NCBI GenBank assembly: GCA_965242965.1
Contig: OZ251518.1
Span: 2,304,001 to 2,368,000, forward strand
Source of the DNA: Candidatus Poribacteria bacterium
GTDB taxonomy: Bacteria; Poribacteria; WGA-4E; WGA-3G
DNA: 64,000 nt
Reading direction: 5' to 3'
Positions 40,763 through 50,823 of the stretch are shown in pieces. Position 1 is the first letter of the stretch, and each line of letters opens with the position of its first letter. The position numbers and the translations under genes were made by a program. Below the pieces are notes generated by a model. The model did no database searches and had not been told where the DNA came from. It was given only the letters and a program-made list of their open reading frames with translations.

Positions 40763-42304
40763 TTAAGCCGACTTCCGTGCTTCAGATTCGCTGTAAATCA
40801 GTGCAGGCGGTTCGTTATCGTGCACAGACGCTTCCGTGACGTGGCACGCTTCCACGCTATCAAGTGTGGGAATATGATAGAGCGTATCCATCATGATGTC
40901 TTCAAAAACGGCTCTTAGCCCGCGCGCGCCAGTCTCCCGCTCAATGACTTTCTCCGCAATGGCGGATAAGGCTTCATCGGAGACAGTCAATTGCACACCT
41001 TCGTAGGCTAAAAGTTGCGCGTATTGTTTCACCAACGCGTTTTTCGGCTCCGTCAAGATGCGGATTAACGCCGCCGCGTCAAGTTCATGCAACGTCGTCA
41101 CAATCGGCATTCGTCCGATGAGTTCAGGGATTAACCCGTACCGAATGAGGTCCTTCGGTGTGGCTTGGTTGAGGAGTGCGGCTCTTTCATGAGCGGAACC
41201 GGTGCCACCGCCAGGTTGAATCTCGGAACCAAAACCGATGCGCTGTTTACCGAGTCGTTGCTTGATAAGGTTTTCCAACCCGATAAAAGTGCCGGCACAG
41301 ATGAATAGAATCCTTTTGGTATTCACCTGAATCACCTCTTGCTGCGGGTGCTTACGGCCGCCGCGCGGCGGCACGCTCGCGATGGTGCCTTCCAGAATCT
41401 TGAGGAGTGCCTGCTGCACGCCTTCCCCGGAAACATCGCGGGTAATCGAAGGATTCTCGGATTTGCGGGTGACTTTGTCGATCTCGTCAATGTAGATAAT
41501 GCCGGTTTCGGCGCGCGCGATATCCCCATCCGCTGCTTGTAGCAACTTGAGGAGGATATTTTCCACGTCTTCGCCGACGTAACCAGCTTCTGTCAAGGTA
41601 GTCGCATCAGTAATGGCGAACGGAACGTCCAAGACACGTGCAAGCGTTTGCGCGAGCAACGTTTTGCCGGTGCCGGTGGGCCCCATCATCAAGATGTTGC
41701 TCTTATCCAACTCAACATCCGGCGTGTCGGGTGTTCCACCCTGTTGGCTCGCCAATTCGTGTTTTAAGCGTTTGTAGTGGGTGTAAACGGCAACAGATAA
41801 CGCCTTCTTCGCGTGCTCCTGGTCGATGACGTATTCATCAAGCCGTGCCTTAATCTCGATAGGGGTAGGCGGTTCTTGCGTGAGTATGCTAGGCACTTCG
41901 GGCTCTTTTCGTTCCGCAGCTCTCTCACGTTGGTTACGTGCCGTCCGCTGTCGCGTGTTCGCGCGTTCTCTTCCGTTGGCCGCTCTCGATGCGGGAGAGA
42001 ACACGTCTACGGCACCGGGGGCATCGTTACTCGGTTCTTGCGCGAGGATATCGTTGCAGACCGCGATGCACTGTCCGAGGCAGTCGAGACAGATGTTCGC
42101 CTCAAACCCACTCATGAGCTGGTTCTCTGGGACATGGGTGCTATCGCGGTTACAGAAGGCGCACGTCGCCTGCTCGTGGGTTGATTCCGAGAGCCGCACG
42201 ATGCACTGAAGGCAAATGTTTGCCCGCGGTCCTTGAAGAAGCCTGCGGACTTGCGTGCTATCCCGTTTGCAGAAAGAACAAGACATTTCACCGTATATTG
42301 ACAT
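40763..42304 (-). CDS. clpX: ClpX ATPase with duplicated zinc-binding domain
   Basis: [33 protein letters not shown] loop; two CxxC...CxxC blocks. Confidence 0.95.
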   Translation of the reverse strand: MSIYGEMSCSFCKRDSTQVRRLLQGPRANICLQCIVRLSESTHEQATCAFCNRDSTHVPENQLMSGFEANICLDCLGQCIAVCNDILAQEPSNDAPGAVDVFSPASRAANGRERANTRQRTARNQRERAAERKEPEVPSILTQEPPTPIEIKARLDEYVIDQEHAKKALSVAVYTHYKRLKHELASQQGGTPDTPDVELDKSNILMMGPTGTGKTLLAQTLARVLDVPFAITDATTLTEAGYVGEDVENILLKLLQAADGDIARAETGIIYIDEIDKVTRKSENPSITRDVSGEGVQQALLKILEGTIASVPPRGGRKHPQQEVIQVNTKRILFICAGTFIGLENLIKQRLGKQRIGFGSEIQPGGGTGSAHERAALLNQATPKDLIRYGLIPELIGRMPIVTTLHELDAAALIRILTEPKNALVKQYAQLLAYEGVQLTVSDEALSAIAEKVIERETGARGLRAVFEDIMMDTLYHIPTLDSVEACHVTEASVHDNEPPALIYSESEARKSA

Positions 42305-42312
42305 AACAAGTT

Positions 42313-42933
42313 CTATCCTTTTTGAGTTGGGTGTATCTCTGTTGTTTCGCCGCGATGCGTAACAACCTTATCTACGATGCCGTATGTGCGTGCCTCTGCC
42401 GCTGTCATGTAAAAATCTCTATCGGCATCGGTGGCGATTTTCTCCATCGGCTGCCCGGTGTGTTTCGCTAAGAGTTGGTAAAGCCGCTCCCGTTCTTGCA
42501 AAATTTCGGTAGCGTGGATGCTAATATCGGAAGCTTGTCCGGCGATGCCGCTCACCATCGGCTGATGAATGAGTGCCTTAGAATGCGGCAGCGCGTAGCG
42601 TTTTCCCGGCGCGCCCGCCGCGAGGAGAATAGCCCCCATGCTGTAAGCGCGGCCGAGACACCACGTCTGCACGTCTGCCCGGATATACTGCATGGTGTCG
42701 TAAATGGCCAAACCGGCAGAGACAGAACCGCCGGGGCTGTTGATATAGAGGATAATGTCAGCATCCGGGTCCTTCCCTTCCAGGAAAAGCATTTGCGCGG
42801 TGACGATATTCGCGACGGCATTATCATCGATGGGTGAACCAATCATGATAATCCTGTCTTCAAGGAGCCGAGAGTAAATGTCGTAAGTGCGTTCACCACG
42901 GCTGGTTTGTTCAACAACAAAGGGGACAAGCAT
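42313..42933 (-). CDS. clpP: ClpP protease subunit
   Basis: [24 protein letters not shown]. Confidence 0.95.
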   Translation of the reverse strand: MLVPFVVEQTSRGERTYDIYSRLLEDRIIMIGSPIDDNAVANIVTAQMLFLEGKDPDADIILYINSPGGSVSAGLAIYDTMQYIRADVQTWCLGRAYSMGAILLAAGAPGKRYALPHSKALIHQPMVSGIAGQASDISIHATEILQERERLYQLLAKHTGQPMEKIATDADRDFYMTAAEARTYGIVDKVVTHRGETTEIHPTQKG

Positions 42934-43101
42934 AAGCAGGATTTCCAGGATTTTCAAGATTGCTAGGATTACAGGATATGTTCATTCACATTTCCTGGGA
43001 AGTCCGAAGCATAATTTACAAGATTCACAAGATGTCCACGAACGGAAACCGGCACATGTGCCAGAACTTTACAAGATACGTTCAAGGACAGTCTCTTCCG
43101 T

Positions 43102-44442
43102 TCAAGTTATGATAAGCGACTGGCGTGTGGATGCCCGTTGGATGAGGAACTGAAAGATTTTCTCGTGCTGCAACTGGCTCCGGAAATCTTCCAAGCGGTT
43201 GCTGGATTTGAGCAGGTTCGCGTAGACTTGCGCGTCTCGGTTCTGATGTTCGGCGGCGCGGCGCAGTTCGAGTTCAAGTTCATCGTCGGTGACGTGAATG
43301 CCTTCGCGTTCGGCAATCGCGGCGAAAATCCACGCCTGTTTAATCTGTTTAATGACATCTGGCCGCAAATGGGTTGGGAGCCCGATGTTTTCCGTGCTGC
43401 CTATCTCACCGGCTGCAGCTTTCTGTGCATTCTCCGCGGCGAATTGCCGTTGCAGGTTCTGCAGTGCCTGCTGCACTATCGTTTCCGGCACGGTGATGTC
43501 GGTTTTCTCAATGAGTTGCTCCAGCAGTTCTGTGCGCTGTCTGTCTACCTGCCGGCTCCGCTCCTCCTCAACGAGGTTATTCCAGATAACGCCGTAGAGT
43601 TGGGAATAATTCTCATATCCCAGGTCCTTCGCGAATTCGTCATCGAGTTCAGGTAGCAACTTTCGCGTAATGGCGTGCAAGGTAAGTTCGTAGTGCGCGG
43701 TGTTCCCGGCGAGGACAGGCGAGCGGTGATTCGCCTCAAACGGAATCGCGACGGTTTTCGTATCGCCGAGTTCCATTCCGAGGAGTTCCGCCTCCAATTT
43801 TTCGTGAAAAATGCCTGCCCCGAGTTCTACGTCAACATCTTGCTGCGATTCAGCCTCAATGTGTTCACCGTTGATAAAACACTCCCAGTCAAGGCGGACG
43901 CAGTCCTTCTCTTGGACAGGCCGTTCGTCTTCCAGCGGTTCATACGTTGCCGATTGGGATTGCAGTTGTGCGATATACGCGTCAACTTCCTCGCGCGGTA
44001 CATCAACGGGTGCTTTGTCTGTCGTCAGTTCATCGTAAGGCGGCAAATTGAGACTGGGGCGGATGTCCACAGTGGCGGAGAAGGTGAGCGGCTGATTCTC
44101 GCGGACGCTGAGCTGCTTGAGCGGTGGCGAGAAAACAGGCTGCGCAAGGGGTGTCAAGTGCTCCGCATAGATAGCCTCTTCATACCCGCTAACGACAAGA
44201 TGCCGGACGACTTCGCTGTTGATGTATTCGGGGTATCGCGATTTTAGGATAGAGACGGGGACGCGCCCCTTCCGAAAGCCGGGAATCGCCACCTGATCGC
44301 GGAGGGACTGATACGTTTCCTCCAAGGCCTGATTTACATCTTCAACGGAGACCTCAATATCCAAACGGACTTGCGTGCTGTCTAGCCTTTCAACTTCAAC
44401 TTTCAAATGTTTCTGTATGGCCGCAAAGCAGCGTGCGGCCAT
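43102..44442 (-). CDS. tig: trigger factor (start may be TTG 44406)
   Basis: IPGFRKGRVP ribosome-binding motif, LPELDDEFAK; synteny with clpP. Confidence 0.92.
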   Translation of the reverse strand: MAARCFAAIQKHLKVEVERLDSTQVRLDIEVSVEDVNQALEETYQSLRDQVAIPGFRKGRVPVSILKSRYPEYINSEVVRHLVVSGYEEAIYAEHLTPLAQPVFSPPLKQLSVRENQPLTFSATVDIRPSLNLPPYDELTTDKAPVDVPREEVDAYIAQLQSQSATYEPLEDERPVQEKDCVRLDWECFINGEHIEAESQQDVDVELGAGIFHEKLEAELLGMELGDTKTVAIPFEANHRSPVLAGNTAHYELTLHAITRKLLPELDDEFAKDLGYENYSQLYGVIWNNLVEEERSRQVDRQRTELLEQLIEKTDITVPETIVQQALQNLQRQFAAENAQKAAAGEIGSTENIGLPTHLRPDVIKQIKQAWIFAAIAEREGIHVTDDELELELRRAAEHQNRDAQVYANLLKSSNRLEDFRSQLQHEKIFQFLIQRASTRQSLIIT

Positions 44443-44596
44443 CTCCTTATTTTGGCATGTGCTCGGATGAACCGGGTCAGCGTCGTCTGAGTCACTGCAT
44501 CGCGCGCGTGCATGCAGCCGGCACGCGGGAACGTCATTTATCACCTAGCATGTTGTGGGCCACGCCCGCAACCTACGCAACCTACGGGTTTCAGTA

Positions 44597-44681
44597 TGGG
44601 CGAGGAGGGACTTGAACCCTCACGAGGCGTAACCCCAATAGATCCTAAGTCTATCCTGTCTACCAATTCCAGCACCCGCCC
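44597..44681 (-). tRNA. tRNA-Leu(TAG)
   Basis: Cloverleaf, anticodon loop CT-TAG-GA, long variable arm, GGTTCAAGTCC. Confidence 0.92.
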
Positions 44682-44734
44682 AAGATGGGCGACGTGCGTG
44701 CCACCCTTTGGGCCATACAGTTCTACAGAAAAAT

Positions 44735-44807
44735 TGCGCCGTGAAGGAATCGAACCTTCAACCGCCTGATTAAGAGTCAGATGCTCTGCCAATTGAGCTA
44801 ACGGCGC
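44735..44807 (-). tRNA. tRNA-Lys(CTT)
   Basis: TAGCTCAATTGG, CT-CTT-AA, GGTTCGATTCC. Confidence 0.92.
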
Positions 44808-44934
44808 GCCTTTTCTCGCTTCAACCCCGACAGTATCGCCGGGAGGGACGGGTTTCCCATGCCGTCCCAACTCCTCTTTTGCAATCCCCCCGTAGTGCGA
44901 GGTAGGAGACGACCTCGCACTACAAGCCGAAAAA

Positions 44935-45007
44935 GGTGGATGATGGGATTTGAACCCACGCCCACTTGATCCACAGTCAAGTGCTCTACCCCTGAGCTAC
45001 ATCCACC
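44935..45007 (-). tRNA. tRNA-His(GTG)
   Basis: CT-GTG-GA loop, encoded G-1, GGTTCAAATCC. Confidence 0.92.
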
Positions 45008-45025
45008 ACAAAATTTCCGCTCAAA

Positions 45026-45099
45026 CACGCCTAGCAGGAATCGAACCTGCAACCTACGGATTAGAAATCCGTTGCTCTATCCGATTGAGCTATAGGCGC
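45026..45099 (-). tRNA. tRNA-Arg(TCT)
   Basis: TT-TCT-AA loop, GGTTCGATTCC. Confidence 0.92.
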
Positions 45100-45104
45100 A
45101 TCAA

Positions 45105-45179
45105 TCGGGGCGAGAGGATTTGAACCTCCGACCTTCTGCTCCCAAAGCAGACGCGCTAGCCGGGCTGCGCTACGCCCCG
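45105..45179 (-). tRNA. tRNA-Pro(TGG)
   Basis: CGGGGCGTAGCGCAG, TT-TGG-GA loop, GGTTCAAATCC. Confidence 0.92.
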
Positions 45180-45266
45180 AAACTCGCCGTGATAACATGA
45201 TTTCACGTCTTGTGCTTATCTACATCACCAAACTGAAGAAGCGGGTTTCAATAAGCAGTTATGTTA

Positions 45267-45295
45267 ATTATACCACATTTTAACGCGTTTGTCAA
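45267..45295 (-). promoter_or_regulatory. consensus promoter of the tRNA-tig-clp operon
   Basis: TTGACA-17 bp-TATAAT with TGTG extension. Confidence 0.8.
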
Positions 45296-45407
45296 ATTAA
45301 ATTGCAAAATTCTTGCTTTTTTTTCTTTCATCTGCTACAATTTTTCGCAGTTAACATCGTTTAAACAGCGACGCATCCCCTATTTTAACGCAAGTGTGGC
45401 ATTTTTT

Positions 45408-46313
45408 ATGCTCAAACCGGATTTTTTGAAACAACTTCACCCTTACTCTATCCGCTCGCAACGCCGCTTCCGAGGCACATTGAAGGGCGAACGCAGCAGC
45501 CTTAACCGCGGAACGGGCATCGAATTCGCAGATTATCGTGCATACGAACTCGGCGATGATCTTCGGTATGTTGACTGGAACGTTTACGCGCGCTTGGAGA
45601 AGCCGTTCATCAAACTCTTCCAAGCAGACGAAGAACTGCCTGTCTCGTTGCTCATCGATAACAGCCGCTCGATGCAGTTTGGGAATCCGACAAAGTTGAC
45701 ATGCGCCAAGCAGCTCGCCGCCGCGCTAGCCTATATCGCAGTGGCACACAACGACAGCGTCGCCGTTTATACGTTCGCGGAACGTCTCGTATCAGCTTTG
45801 CCGCCGACATCGGGCACATCGCAATTCTCACGCATCACGAAAGCACTCTCAGCAATTGAAGCACAAGCAGGAATCGAAGGAACCCGAATCACTGACTGCC
45901 TCAGACATCTCGCTACACATCAACCGTGGCCAGGTATCGCTGTCATCTTCTCCGATTTTTTTGCGGCGGACGGTTACGCATCCGGCTTCAAGTTATTGGC
46001 GGGACGCGGGTTTTCGCTAATGGCAATTCAACTGATGAGCCCGGAAGAAACAGACCCGAGTCACACTAGCACGGTAACCCACGGGAACCAGTGGCAATTA
46101 GAAGATGCCGAGACAGGCGAAACGCGAGCCATTACGATGAATGAAGATACACTCGCGCAATATCGGCATGAACACAAGGCTTTTTGTGACGACTTGCAAC
46201 GCTTCTGTGCGAAACGGGGTATCGGCTACGCGCGTTTCAATTGCGGCATGCCGATAGAAACGTTCGTTTTGCAGGAGCTGCATCGCGTCGGTTTCCTTCA
46301 GCGGAAACGGTAA
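45408..46313 (+). CDS. DUF58 / vWA-like protein
   Basis: GIEFADYRAYELGDDLRYVDWN, DNSRSM, FSDFF. Confidence 0.88.
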   Translation: MLKPDFLKQLHPYSIRSQRRFRGTLKGERSSLNRGTGIEFADYRAYELGDDLRYVDWNVYARLEKPFIKLFQADEELPVSLLIDNSRSMQFGNPTKLTCAKQLAAALAYIAVAHNDSVAVYTFAERLVSALPPTSGTSQFSRITKALSAIEAQAGIEGTRITDCLRHLATHQPWPGIAVIFSDFFAADGYASGFKLLAGRGFSLMAIQLMSPEETDPSHTSTVTHGNQWQLEDAETGETRAITMNEDTLAQYRHEHKAFCDDLQRFCAKRGIGYARFNCGMPIETFVLQELHRVGFLQRKR

Positions 46314-46357
46314 TATAATCGTAAGGCAAGGAAAACCTGGCCACGGAGAAACAAACC

Positions 46358-46906
46358 ATGCACAAACAGAATTTGACATCAGACATTCGCATTGAACTCA
46401 TCCAAGGCGACATCACCAAAGCGCAGGTAGATGCCATCGTGAACGCCGCGAACAGGCAACTTATCGGCGGAGGCGGTGTGGACGGAGCCATTCGGCGTGC
46501 GGGTGGAGACGCAATAGAAACCGCATGCGCCCGGATTCGTGAACGCCAAGGCGGCGTGGAAACCGGTGCCGCCGTAATCACTCCCGGTGGCAACCTTCCG
46601 GCAAAGTATGTTATTCACACCGCCGGGCCCGTGTGGGAAGGCGGCACAGCCGGCGAACCCGACTTGCTCGCCAGTTGTTATCGCGAGAGTCTCCAACTCG
46701 CTGTGGAAAACGGCGTGCAGACTATCGCCTTTCCGTCCATTAGCACCGGTATTTACGGATATCCGCCAGAGAAAGCGGCGGCTGTCGCACTGCGCACCGT
46801 GAAAAAATTTGTCGCCAGCGGCGGTTCAGCACCGACATGCATCCAATTTATTCTATTTGACGATGCCACTTATCAGTGTTACGCCGACGCGTTAACTTCG
46901 CTTTAA
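46358..46906 (+). CDS. macro-domain O-acetyl-ADP-ribose deacetylase (YmdB-like)
   Basis: GDIT, IVNAAN...[26 protein letters not shown]. Confidence 0.92.
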   Translation: MHKQNLTSDIRIELIQGDITKAQVDAIVNAANRQLIGGGGVDGAIRRAGGDAIETACARIRERQGGVETGAAVITPGGNLPAKYVIHTAGPVWEGGTAGEPDLLASCYRESLQLAVENGVQTIAFPSISTGIYGYPPEKAAAVALRTVKKFVASGGSAPTCIQFILFDDATYQCYADALTSL

Positions 46907-46999
46907 ACAACATTCCGTAGGGCGGTGGGAAAACCTGTCCCTCGCCATTGAGGAGCACTCAAAATTCAAGGCAACAGATTTAGCCGAACTTCACTCATC

Positions 47000-48184
47000 T
47001 TGCCCATCTATATTCCCGCGTTTCTCCTCGCGACAGGCGGCGGCATTGTTTCCCCGACGCTCTCGATTTATGTGAAATCGTTTGAGTTGTCCTATACGCT
47101 GACAATGATTGTCCTCGCGGTGGGGGTGATTGGAAATATCCCGGCAGGCTTTTTCGTGGAACGGCTTGGGCGCAAAGCGTCCATGTTGCTCGGCTTAAGC
47201 ATGATAGGCGCGTCAACGGTTGGGATGGGTATCGCGCAGAATTTCGTCCAACTCATCGGCGTGCAGCTGCTTGGCGGTATCGGCAACGCGTTTTGGATGC
47301 TCGCCCGCCACGCCTATATGACAGAAGTCATTCCGATTGCGAAGCGCGGCAGAGCGATTGCGCTGTTCGGCGGTGTGAACCGGATGGGCACCTTCGCCGG
47401 GCAGTTCGGTGCGCTTTTCCTCGGCACGAATCTCCGCATTCCGTTCTTCGTATACGCAGGCATTGTGCTGCTGAACCTTGTCCTCTGTTTTTTCTTTATT
47501 CCCTATATGCCGCCTGCACTCTCGCACGCCACTGGGAATAAAATGCCTTACGTCCAGCGGTTGTCTCATGTTTTCCATGTCCATCGGCGCATCCTCGCTA
47601 CGGCGGGGCTCGGCCAGGTTTTCGTGCAAACGATTCGCCGGGGCGCGCACCTCATTATTCCGCTCTACGGCGACGAAGTGGTAGGACTCACAACGCAAGA
47701 AGTGCGCTGGACGGTGATGATATCTTCGGCGGTGGATATGTCCATGTTTCCCATCGCCGGATTTATGATGGACAGGTTCGGCAGACGCTATGCCACGGTG
47801 CCGGGGATAGCTATCTTCGCCACAGGGATGGCACTCATGCCGCTTACCCGAACGTTCGCGGGGTTACTGGCGGCAGCCATTTTCATGCGCATCGGTAATG
47901 GCATCGCATCCGGCACGATGATGACGCTCGGCGCAGATTTAGCACCCCGCGAAGACTTGGGTGTTGGCAGCGGCACCCCCAAAACACCGCTTGTCACGAA
48001 GGGAGAATTTCTCGGTTTGTGGCGGCTCACCGGCGATTTCGGCGGCGCGGCGGGCCCTGTCGTTGTCGGCAATGTGGCAGATCTACTCGGGTTGAACTAT
48101 GCGGGATATGCATTAGGAGGGCTCGGTTATCTCGCCGTGGGGATTTTCTTGCGGCTGGTGCCGGAAACGTTGGAAAAAGAATAA
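47000..48184 (+). CDS. MFS transporter (start uncertain)
   Basis: ERLGRK and DRFGRR motif-A loops, about 12 TM segments. Confidence 0.85.
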   Translation: MPIYIPAFLLATGGGIVSPTLSIYVKSFELSYTLTMIVLAVGVIGNIPAGFFVERLGRKASMLLGLSMIGASTVGMGIAQNFVQLIGVQLLGGIGNAFWMLARHAYMTEVIPIAKRGRAIALFGGVNRMGTFAGQFGALFLGTNLRIPFFVYAGIVLLNLVLCFFFIPYMPPALSHATGNKMPYVQRLSHVFHVHRRILATAGLGQVFVQTIRRGAHLIIPLYGDEVVGLTTQEVRWTVMISSAVDMSMFPIAGFMMDRFGRRYATVPGIAIFATGMALMPLTRTFAGLLAAAIFMRIGNGIASGTMMTLGADLAPREDLGVGSGTPKTPLVTKGEFLGLWRLTGDFGGAAGPVVVGNVADLLGLNYAGYALGGLGYLAVGIFLRLVPETLEKE

Positions 48185-48198
48185 TACCAAATTAATCT

Positions 48199-48500
48199 GA
48201 GGGTGTTTCATAACTCCGTTTCAGTATTTATCCCCCCTTGCGGGGCGGACGAATACCGATAGAAAAGAGAGGAGGGCGCGCATCGGGCCCACCTCTGTAG
48301 TTCGGGAGCGCCCGCTCCCGAACGGGTCAGGATCAGGCGATCCTGACCTACAGGGATGAGGAGGTCTGCTAGCCAAACGCATGGCGAGGGACAGGCCCTC
48401 GCCCTACGGTGAGGGTGGCGTTTTTTCGTAGCGCGGGGGCCCTCGGATGCCATCCGCGCATCCGAGCGGGTTTCCCCCGCGAGCGTTGGAGTGCGCGTGG
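48199..48500. repeat. partial composite element G (left TIR plus REP mosaic)
   Basis: GAGGGTGTTTCATAAC at 48199 followed by several palindrome families; no right TIR. Confidence 0.7.
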
Positions 48501-48517
48501 GTATCAGCGCAAACTAT

Positions 48518-49504
48518 CTACCCCCAAGTTTCAACGCGATAATCTACGTTTGCCCGGAGGTGATAGCGTTCCCAAAGCCGACGTTCCAACGGCTCCAAAG
48601 CGAGTTTGGACAACTCAATTCCCACCCAGTGCCGATTGAGTGCTTGTGCCGCATCTAACGCCGTGCCGCAGCCACAGAACGGATCGAAGACAATGTCGCC
48701 GGGATTGGAGGAGGCTTTAATGATGCGTTCTACCAACTTTACCGGTTTCTGCGTCGGGTAGCCGAGTCGCTCCTTATCATTTCTAAAGAGCGGTTTGATG
48801 TCATCTTCCGGCATCAACCCGGTATCCACCCACCAATCGCGCATCTGTGTATCCCGATATTTCTCAAGTTTATCCCGTTGCACGCCGAGGCGTTGCCCGC
48901 TCGCCGTATGCGGTTCCGGTAAGGTGGGAACGTAACTCTTTTGCGTCTGTGGATGAAAACGGTTGTTTGGGCTTTTTGTGTAAAAAAGGATAATGTCGTG
49001 CTTGCGCGCAAATTGACTGGGCAGCTGCGGCGTGCCACCGGTTTTGTATCCCCAGACAATCTCGTTTCTGAAATTCGGCGCGCCAAAGATCACATCCATC
49101 ATCACTTTCAGATAGTGGCTGGCGTGTGCATCACAGTGCAGGTAAACGCTCCCATCGGGAGTCAGCAGCCGCCAAATCTCCGCCAAGCGCGGTGCCATGA
49201 AGGCGAGATACGCGCGCATCGATGCCGCGGTTAAGAAGGCGTTGAAACCGTTTAGGCAGTGCGATAGATTGTCCATCGTTTCAACGAGTTCGGGGTGTCT
49301 GCCATCGTAGTGGAGGACAGCGGCTTGATTGTCGCGCGCAGCGGCATTCCATCGCCACGTGTCTTCAAAGGCTTTCTGTTGCCGAGACGTGGTATAGTCG
49401 CGGCCGCTGTTGTAGGGAGGATCGAGATAGCAGAGGTGGTAAGTGCCGCCCTCCATTTCTCGCATCACCTTGAGGTTATCTCCGAAATAGAGTGCGTTTT
49501 GCAT
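48518..49504 (-). CDS. orphan beta-class N4/N6 DNA methyltransferase
   Basis: LYFGDNL, DPPYNS, YPTQKP, DPFCGCGT. Confidence 0.9.
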   Translation of the reverse strand: MQNALYFGDNLKVMREMEGGTYHLCYLDPPYNSGRDYTTSRQQKAFEDTWRWNAAARDNQAAVLHYDGRHPELVETMDNLSHCLNGFNAFLTAASMRAYLAFMAPRLAEIWRLLTPDGSVYLHCDAHASHYLKVMMDVIFGAPNFRNEIVWGYKTGGTPQLPSQFARKHDIILFYTKSPNNRFHPQTQKSYVPTLPEPHTASGQRLGVQRDKLEKYRDTQMRDWWVDTGLMPEDDIKPLFRNDKERLGYPTQKPVKLVERIIKASSNPGDIVFDPFCGCGTALDAAQALNRHWVGIELSKLALEPLERRLWERYHLRANVDYRVETWG

Positions 49505-49525
49505 GAACGTTTCCCTGAATAAAAA

Positions 49526-49611
49526 TGCCGGGAAAGGGACTCGAACCCTTACGCGCGTAATGCACACTAGAACCTGAATCTAGCCTGTCTACCAAATTCC
49601 AGCATCCCGGC
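49526..49611 (-). tRNA. tRNA-Leu(CAG)
   Basis: TT-CAG-GT loop, long variable arm; promoter TTGACA-17-TATACT at 49664-49692. Confidence 0.92.
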
Positions 49612-49839
49612 AGATGTCTCGTCACAATAGGGCGAAGCCCCAACAAAATGACACGATGTATATAGTATACCCAAAATTTTGCGATTTGTCAAATTAAAAT
49701 TGCAAAAAATAAGATTAAACTTGCAATTTCGCCGAAGATCACATATAATTTTAAGAGACAGGAACACCTCGCAAGAGTCGCGGTTTCAAATCGCGTCTAC
49801 AAGAAACGACAGAATTTACGTATCAGAAGGAGTGAAAAT

Positions 49840-50598
49840 ATGACGTTAAGGCTAATTTTCTGCGTCACGCTCGCGCTCGGTATCAGCATCGCTCACCAGA
49901 GTCCCGCCGAAATCGACCCGGGTAAAATTGTCGGGATATGGCTACTTGACGAGGGCAAGGGCGATGTCGCCGAAGACGCATCCGAAAACGGGTTTGACGG
50001 CCAGATTACCAAAGGCGAATGGGTGGACGGCGAAGTTGATGGCGCGGCAGAAATCAAGAAGGGCGGCACCGTCACTATCCCTGTCGGCGAAGGCGCGGTA
50101 ACGGATAAGATGAGCCTCATCTTGTGGATTCAGTTTACCGAGATCGGCGGGCAACAAAACTACTTTTCCATCTGGGATCAGAGCGACAACCGCTATGTCC
50201 CGTATAAAAACGGTGGAAACTTGCTCCGCAGTTGGACGAATTCTTGGGACATCAGCAGCGGCGTAACCGTGAAGGCTGGCACGTGGTATCACGTCGCGAA
50301 CACCTACGATGGCAAAACGGCGAGTATCTACGTCAACGGTGAGGAGAAAATCGCGCAAGGCGTGCCGAAGTTCCAGCTCCAAGAACAAGACCAGACGGCG
50401 TGGCTCGCCACCGATAAAGGCACCGGGTTCCTCTCCGCCTGTATCATGGACGAAGTGGGACTCTTCAACGATGCCCTCTCCGAAGACGAAATTCAGGCGA
50501 TTATGAACGACGGCATCTGGCATACGGCGTTTGCCGTGGAACCGTCGGATAAGTTGCCGGTGTTGTGGGGCAAATTGAAGCAGCGAAACTCCCAATAA
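49840..50598 (+). CDS. secreted LamG-domain protein with C-terminal AVEPSDKLPVLWGKLK motif
   Basis: Signal peptide; WLLDEG, WYHVANTYDG..IYVNG, MDEVGLFNDALS. Confidence 0.85.
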   Translation: MTLRLIFCVTLALGISIAHQSPAEIDPGKIVGIWLLDEGKGDVAEDASENGFDGQITKGEWVDGEVDGAAEIKKGGTVTIPVGEGAVTDKMSLILWIQFTEIGGQQNYFSIWDQSDNRYVPYKNGGNLLRSWTNSWDISSGVTVKAGTWYHVANTYDGKTASIYVNGEEKIAQGVPKFQLQEQDQTAWLATDKGTGFLSACIMDEVGLFNDALSEDEIQAIMNDGIWHTAFAVEPSDKLPVLWGKLKQRNSQ

Positions 50599-50808
50599 GC
50601 GCGGTTTCAAACCGCGCCTACGGGAACAACAGAAACGCCTACGGTAGGCGCGGTTTCTAACCGTGCCTACGGTAAGGGAATGGGTAGGCGAGACCTCCTG
50701 GTCTCGATGCCTTTTTGGGTTTCTAACCGTGCCTACGGTAAGGGAATGGGTAGGAGAGCCCTCCTGGTCTCGATGCCCTCTAGGGTTTCAAACCGTGCCT
50801 ACGGTAAA
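50599..50808. repeat. REP cluster (GGCGCGGTTTCAAACCGCGCCTAC family) with tandem units
   Basis: AACCGYGCCTACGG x4 alternating with GTAGG..AG.C..CCTGGTCTCGATGCC x2. Confidence 0.75.
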
Positions 50809-50823
50809 GGAACGGATTAGCGT

